Shown: positions 57,155 through 64,000 of the stretch, piece after piece
Position numbering within the stretch: the first letter of the stretch is position 1
Layout of the letters: each line of letters opens with the position of its first letter
Assembly (NCBI GenBank): GCA_951406725.2
Contig: OX597828.1
Location: 32,116,001 to 32,180,000 of the forward strand
From: Octopus vulgaris
Lineage: Eukaryota
DNA: 64,000 nt
Direction: 5' to 3'
Program-made: the position numbers and the translations under genes
Notes under the pieces: generated by a model
Seen by the model: only the letters and a program-made list of their open reading frames with translations
The model's database searches: none
Told to the model about the DNA's origin: nothing

Positions 57155-59208
57155 GTATGTTTGCGTGTCTGTGTGTATGTGTGTGCGCGTGTTTTTGCGT
57201 GAATGCGTACATTTGTTTGTTTTGTATATATGTAAATAGGCGCAGGCGCGGCTGTGTAGAGAGAAGCTTGCTTCCCAACCACATATTTCCATGTTTAGTC
57301 CCCCCTGCGTGGCAAAAAGGACCGATAGAATAAGTACTACGCTTACAAAGAATAACTTCTGCCGTCGAGTTGATCGACTACAACCCCATCAGGCGGTGCT
57401 ATAGCATGGCTGCAATGACACGGCCAAAGGGTTTAAAAGAATTTATATATGCATATATAAATCATTAAACTACGGAAGTTTTCGAATAATATTCTTAAGG
57501 TCGCAATTTAATCATACGCAGCATATATCACAGCTTGTCGCTAATTCAGTTCTTAACCAAATTGAAAACTTTTAACATTGATGAAGCGGACTTGTCACTA
57601 GCTACCTCCTGGTATAAAAAGAAATGAGATTTGATCTACTAAATTTATGGAAAATTTGTAACAATTTAATATGAGAGTAAGGAACGCTACCAATCAAGTT
57701 TAGATCTAAATAACATTTTTTTATTACTTTGAAAGCAAAATATATTTATCTTAGCTTCAATGATAGAAGAAAGCATGACAATTTTCAAAGTTTTGTTCCC
57801 ACGCAACAAAAATTAGAATTAAAAATGTTGTGAGGAAAATATCATGAAAAAATATGAGGCAAAAAATTGAATTTTAGGATAGTTAACGAATCTATTTTAA
57901 AAACAAACTATATTTAAATTAAGCTTGAATGATAAGCTTCAGTTCTTGGAATTTCTAAGTATCAATCTCATGCAATGAATCTTTAAAAGAAAAAAAAAGC
58001 TATGAGTGTTTGTTTCTGAAATTTGAGGGTAATAATAGTGTTCTCTAAGTGTTTATGGGTACTTTTAATATATGTCACCAGCGTCATTGAGGTAAGGAAA
58101 AATTATCAACGATACTGCTAATTGACACATTTGACTCATTATTTATTAGCATAATAGCATAGCCTGGGAGAAACATGGATTACATAGAAAAATTCGAGCA
58201 AGAGAAATGATATTCTGAAGATTATAAAACTGGAAATTTACAAATTATTGCACTTGGAAAAGTTCAGGACAAATTATCACATCTGCCAAAGTACAGAACC
58301 TGAAAATTTTTACTTAAAATATTGCATCTAAAGATACAAATTGAATATTAAAAATAGATTTCAATTTACAAAGTAACAGTATAATTACAAACGGTACAAT
58401 CATTTCGTTAAAATATTGACACACCTTAGTACTTAAAAAATGAGAGCCAAAAGTACGAATATAGCTAAAGTTTTATTCAAAGTAGTATAGTATATATACA
58501 TATAATATGCAAATTCGCTACGTAAAATATAGGTAGATTTTACTGCAATATATAACTAATTTTTGTATTATATCATTCATTGTACTGACAAATTATGTAC
58601 TACTATTATTTTTTATAACCAATTTTCTAATTTCTAATTATTAAGTAACAATTAAGAAAATGATATTTTAAGCGCGAAATATATTTTCATTGGTTTATTT
58701 TTTATTGTTGTTAGAAGTAACAAGTAATATACAAGTGGCAGTAATAACTTGGAATAACATTTTTAGTTTTAATAAAAGCTAATATTTTCTAAATCTAAAT
58801 ATTTTATTTGAAATTTTATCCTTAACTGCAATATTTTAAGTAAAAGTTTTCTTGTCCTGTATGTATGTATGAATGTATGTATATGTATGTATGTATGTAT
58901 ATATGTATCCGTGTGAGTACCTTTGTATTTATTCATGTGACCTAGTGTTTCAGGTTCCTTTTGTGTATGTGTATAAGAGTGTGTGTGTCTGCGTGCTTGC
59001 CTGTCCGTATTGAGAAAGAGAAAAAGAGAAAGAAATAGATAGATATATAGATACATATTGAGACACACAGATAAATAGATATATCTACATGAGCGAAGCT
59101 TTGAAGAGGTAAACAGAACATATATATATATATAGATAGATAGATAGATTGATAGATATAGATATATTTTATATATGTGCGTTCGTAAGTATAAATGCAT
59201 GTAGGTAC

Positions 59209-59294
<86 letters not shown>

Positions 59295-59302
59295 GTGTAT
59301 GT

Positions 59303-59350
<48 letters not shown>

Positions 59351-59401
59351 ATATATATGTATATGTATATATATGTATATGTATATATATGTATATGTAT
59401 A

Positions 59402-59495
<94 letters not shown>

Positions 59496-60071
59496 TAAGC
59501 GTTCGGGTGTGTGTATGTTTATAACTGGCGGGTGTGTTGCTTATATGTTGTTGAAGGAAAATTCATTTCACTCTATGGATTGCAACTCTATGATGCTCAG
59601 ATGCTGCTCCATGTGCTCCCTAACCATCTCCCTCGCCTTCAGCATTTGTTTACTTATCCTTTTTTAGTGCTAATATATCTATCTCTCGCGTGTGAGGAAG
59701 TTACATTACAAGAATTAAGGTGATTCAATAAATTATTATGTGTGGAAACACTCGTTTAAAGGTGTCTTGTTTTGTACGAATTCAGTTAGCTTCAGGCATT
59801 GTTTTCCCACAATACGAGATCTCTCATTATGTGAATTTATTTGATTTTATCATCTTCAGAAATTTTCTTTTACGTACTAAACACAAAAGACATACTCAGC
59901 TGGGCATAAACTAGATATATTTTAGGAAACTATTTGTGACAAGTAGATAATTTTTACCAGTAATCAAACTACATTTAATCTCCCAATGACATACATACAC
60001 ATTCATAAATACACACATATTATAAATATATGTGTCCGCGTTTGGGTGTATGTGTTAGAGTGTAAGTCTGG

Positions 60072-60704
60072 ATAGAGATAACGAAATTTAAATTTTCTAA
60101 AGGTTAGTTGCCCGTTTTCAGTTTCAATTTTCCTGTAACAAGCGGATTATAAGTGGATAAACCAGTGTATTTGGCTTTAGAATAACCCTCTTTAGCCCTT
60201 AATTATATGATGTATACTGCAACCGTAACGGTATTTTTAAATATACTGCCCACGCTTCCTGATGAATTCCTTTGCTGTAGAGTAAGGGACTTCATCCTAT
60301 ATTGCTTAGTAGTAAACTCGATGCTTGCTACAGGAGGACTGGTAACCATTACAATTTGTAGCGGCGAAAGGTCTGGACGTTGTTTTCTGAGGCTGACCAA
60401 AGAATTTTTATTTTTAGATATAAGTGATGTACTCAAGTGTAGTTATGTTTTTAGCTTGTGCTTTTTCCATGATCATACGTGAGTATTTTATTTATATCCC
60501 ATCGAAAGTTCTACTGAAGAAGGAATATATCTTTTTTTTTATAAGATTAAGTCCGAAATTGATTCAATATAGAGATAACGAAATTTAAATTTTCTAAAGG
60601 TTAGTTGCCCGTTTTCAGTTTCAATTTTCCTGTAACAAGCGGATTATAAGTGGATAAACCAGTGTATTTGGCTTTAGAATAACCCTCTTTAGCCCTTAAT
60701 TATA

Positions 60705-60705
<1 letters not shown>
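60072..60705 (+). mobile_element. Non-coding HHR-containing retroelement (retrozyme-like / mini-PLE): 497-nt unit plus 137-bp terminal direct repeat
   Basis: Perfect direct repeat 60072-60208 / 60569-60705, with an HHR at the unit junction, followed by (TA)n. Confidence 0.8.
60509..60574 (+). ncRNA. Type I hammerhead ribozyme (predicted)
   Basis: ttcta-CTGAAGA-a-ggaatatatctt...aagattaagtcc-GAAA-ttg-att-caa-TA-tagag. Stem I is ttcta/tagag, stem II is closed by gga/tcc, stem III is ATTG/CAAT, and the triplet is AUA. Predicted cleavage is after 60569. Confidence 0.78.
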
Positions 60706-60778
<73 letters not shown>

Positions 60779-61067
60779 TGTATATATAGGAGAGAGAGAG
60801 AAAGGGAGAGAATGACATAGTCCCATTCAATCATGCACGTACAAGGAGAGAGAGGTACACAAACAAAAACAAAGCGCAGCTCCACTAACAGACTGAGAAA
60901 CAACGTACATTTTTAGAAAAGATAAATAAGTAATTGAGTGGAAATCGAACCGGTGCGTGTGTTAATTTATAAGGTATTACAGCAGAAAGAGTTTCCCCAA
61001 AGATAATAAAATATGCTTTAACACACGAATTCACATAAGGCATCTTGCAAACCCAATACGAGAACGG

Positions 61068-61109
<42 letters not shown>

Positions 61110-61555
61110 CACTAAAAATTATAACAGGACATAACAACAGGTGTGTTTAGACTGAGGAGGAATTGGATTCAGCTGGCGCGTGTGGAAAGGGAGCCTTACG
61201 GCAGAGATCCAAATTTTTCACAAGCACAGGGAAGAATGTATTTTTTATTGTATTTATATTTGTGTAACATTGTCTGTTTTTTTCCCTCTTTGTTATTGTA
61301 TACATTAGCTGCTTTCTTCCAGGGAATATAATGCTCTTAGCTTAGTTTTTTCCTTGGGACTGGCTAGAATGGAGCAATCTCAAGAATAATCAGGTGAAAT
61401 TGCGAGGATAATCTGGTGCTTGACTGAGGAAAGGATACTTCGAATGACCCGTCCTTGTTTTCTTTGTATCGTCTATCTGGATGTTTTGTTGTCCCTTTTT
61501 GTATCACCTAGCTGCCCGGATGTTTTGCGTTCTTGTCCCATTTTGTATTTTGCAA
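61110..61555 (+). repeat. Dispersed non-coding element next to (TA)n; the 3' part is shared with 28455-28615
   Basis: Internal homology within the window. It contains CTGAGGA...CGAA motifs that do not fold canonically. Confidence 0.6.
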
Positions 61556-63016
61556 GCATGCACTATTTAATTATGTAAATAGCCCTAACTGCGAGGACCG
61601 AACATTCAACGAAATTGGCATAGCTGCTTGCGAGTGTAAATTCCATGAAGAGCCAGAGGAATTTGATAGGACCAGAGGAATTTGAAAGGGAACGAATTTG
61701 ATAGGAATTCATAGTGGAAATGGTATTATTATGGTGATGAAGTCTCAAACTGAGTTGGAAACATTTACATGAGGTGTCTAAAAACCCATCAAATTCCTTG
61801 AAATTTGCACGGTGGCCTATTATCAAATGCATGGGTGATAGCGAATATCAGCTAATGCACAAACAGGTACAAAACCGCAACAGAGAGGACTGTGTATATT
61901 TTCGCCTTCTTATTCAAAGCGACTACACATCTCACGCAAATTTACGTCAACTGATATTATGGGGGTTAAATTTGATGCAGTATTATATACTATGCCACTC
62001 AATCGAGATAATAAAGTCTTCGATTGAGGCAAACTTTACGTATTTATTACACTTAAATTTTGCCTGAAATTGTACATAATCCTAATATGAGCTGCTGAAT
62101 TTGAGCTTTAGAAAACTAACAAAATAGCTGAAACTCCATAAATATTGCAATAGAGAACATGGTAATAATTCTAGTTTTCAATTTCTAGTAAGAAATATTA
62201 TACCACCGTAGTTGAATATTTTTTTTTATTTGTATGTTGAAAGAAAGTAGAATATACCGAATATTGGATTGAGCCACTTAAATACTGGATTGATGTGTGT
62301 TAAATGCGTGGGTTTATACAAAAGTTATAAATATGTGTGTCTATATGCGAAGACTTCTGGTGTACTTTTATGCATGCATAGATGGTGAGAGCTAGCAAAC
62401 GCAAATGTTAGGCTGTGTCTGTGCTTATATGCGCACTTGTGTATGGTTTTATATCAACACCTGCTAAAGCACAAGCAGTCAGGTGAACATCGAGTATGAA
62501 AAACGAACAGTATATAATCGTACTAATATATGAATGCTGACTATCAACGTACTGAGAGGGAGGAAATAGTGTCTATAAGATAATACTTTCTGAAGAGAGT
62601 CCATAGCTAAAAGGCTGAAACAGTGAATAACGGAACGCATTAAATATTGTATGTTAGATGATGAATATTTTACATTTAAGAATAATCATACTTACAAATA
62701 CAAAAGAACAAATATTAATATATATCACACATACCAACACATACACTCCACATACACTCCGCACACTGGCATACACACGCATACACACACACACACACAT
62801 ATACGTATATATGTGTGTGTGTGTGTGTGTGTTTGTGTGTGTATGTGTGCGTTTATCATAAATTCTAGCAGATACTTATCTGTCTTGGAATATAAGAATG
62901 ACATTATATTTATCAGACTCGACATATCATCAATAATTATAGACACAAGATTATTTTACTCGTATCTCAGAGACTTACATGAACGTAGGTATGCATTTAT
63001 GTGAGGTTGCTTTTGC

Positions 63017-63080
<64 letters not shown>

Positions 63081-63393
63081 TTTAAGGGAGACAGAGATAT
63101 GAGGGTAAAACAAGCCGATAGACAATTGATATTCTTCGTACTTTGGATGCAATATTTGCTTACACCTCACCCATGTTCTTATAAAAAAAAAGAAAAGAAA
63201 CTACAGCAAAATATCAGAATTTAAATGGAAGACAACTTTCTAGAAATACGGAGGTATCGAACGAGACATTTTTTTTGTCTATGCAATTTTCTAAAGTTGT
63301 TTTTCAGCTGATACGATCGCATCTTGATATGCAGTGTCTATGATAGATAACTTGTCTCTCGTCTCTCGTCCGTAATAAATAACTTCCTCTAGG

Positions 63394-63590
63394 ATGGCGA
63401 GCAGGCAGATTCTTTAGAATGCTGGGCGAAATGCTTAGCTGTATTTCGTCTGCCGTTAGGTTCCTTTCGAAGTCGATTAAATAAGTACCGGTTACCCTCT
63501 GGTGTCGATCTAATCGATTTAATCCCTTTGTCTGTCTTTCTCCTGTCTGTTTAGCCACACCCTCGCCTGTGGGCAATAAATAAATAAATA
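63394..63590 (+). mobile_element. SINE family B, internally deleted
   Basis: tggcgagcaggcaga...gggcgaaatgcttagctgtatttcgtctgccgtta...cctttcgaagtcgattaaataagtacc...gtcgatctaatcga. Confidence 0.7.
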
Positions 63591-63886
63591 ACTTCCTCTT
63601 CCAAATTACCATTACAAATAACATGAATGCAATCGCTCGATTAGTAAGTAGCTTTGTCCCTTTCTCCGTGCACTATCATTAAAATTGCGACTCGGGACGT
63701 ATCAGCCGAAAGGCAATGAAATTATAACTGGCATATACATGCAAGCGCGTACAAACAGAATATAGGTACCATTTTCAACAGTGGGCTTCGCGCACCTAAT
63801 TTATTATTCATGTAATTCATAGAAAGTTTCAAATGATTTGCATTCATGTAGTAAACGAAACTGTTTCAGTATTACGTATATTCGAA

Positions 63887-64000
63887 GGCGGAGAGCTGGC
63901 AGAAGCGATAGCACACCGAGCGAAATGCTTAGCGATATTTTCGTCTTAATTTACGTTCTGAGTTCAAATTCCGCCGAGTTCGAATTTGCCTTTCAGCCTA
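63887..64000 (+). mobile_element. SINE family B head (runs off the window)
   Basis: ggcggagagctggcagaagcgatagc (A box) ... gagttcaaattcc (B box) ... tttgcctttca. Confidence 0.75.

Noticed and set aside
60259-60380. Second CTGATGA ... CGAAA inside the 497-nt unit
   Set aside because: The CTGATGA is sequestered in a local hairpin, and no consistent stem I/III could be built with the downstream GAAA.
60072-60705. Interpretation as an LTR retrotransposon/TRIM or a CRISPR-like repeat
   Set aside because: There are no TG...CA ends, PBS/PPT or TSD visible, and only two long repeats in a eukaryotic context. The repeat start coinciding with an HHR cleavage site explains it better.
61563-61850. Possible PLE RT remnant on the minus strand (KEFDGFLDTSCKCF)
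   Set aside because: Similarity is too weak to call without a profile search.

Overview
AT-rich, repeat-dense eukaryotic DNA with no convincing intact host protein-coding gene, i.e. intergenic or deep intronic sequence. The extreme (TA)n/(CA)n/(TAGA)n/(TAA)n density and the SINE/LINE repertoire resemble an octopus (coleoid cephalopod) genome; this is inference from repeat style, not a database match. Nearly all ORFs in the supplied track are translations of microsatellites. The real content is transposon-derived: tRNA-headed SINEs (three young near-identical copies plus older families), stacked 5'-truncated R4/Dong-type non-LTR fragments in (AAT)n repeats (4.7-6.9 kb and 42.2-44.4 kb), Penelope-like (PLE) remnants, maT/mariner and piggyBac relics, and a mini-Helitron. 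The most notable signal is a set of short non-coding elements next to (TA)n tracts that carry type I hammerhead ribozyme (HHR) motifs. A 497-nt-unit element at 60072-60705 has a 137-bp terminal direct repeat starting at the predicted self-cleavage site (retrozyme or mini-PLE-like). A head-to-head element at 34966-35482 has perfect 137-bp inverted arms and a complete HHR on the minus strand. Several decayed HHR-like motifs also occur. A 177-bp inverted duplication (23803-23979 / 26877-27053) truncates a SINE head, and a fold-back mariner is built from two left ends.
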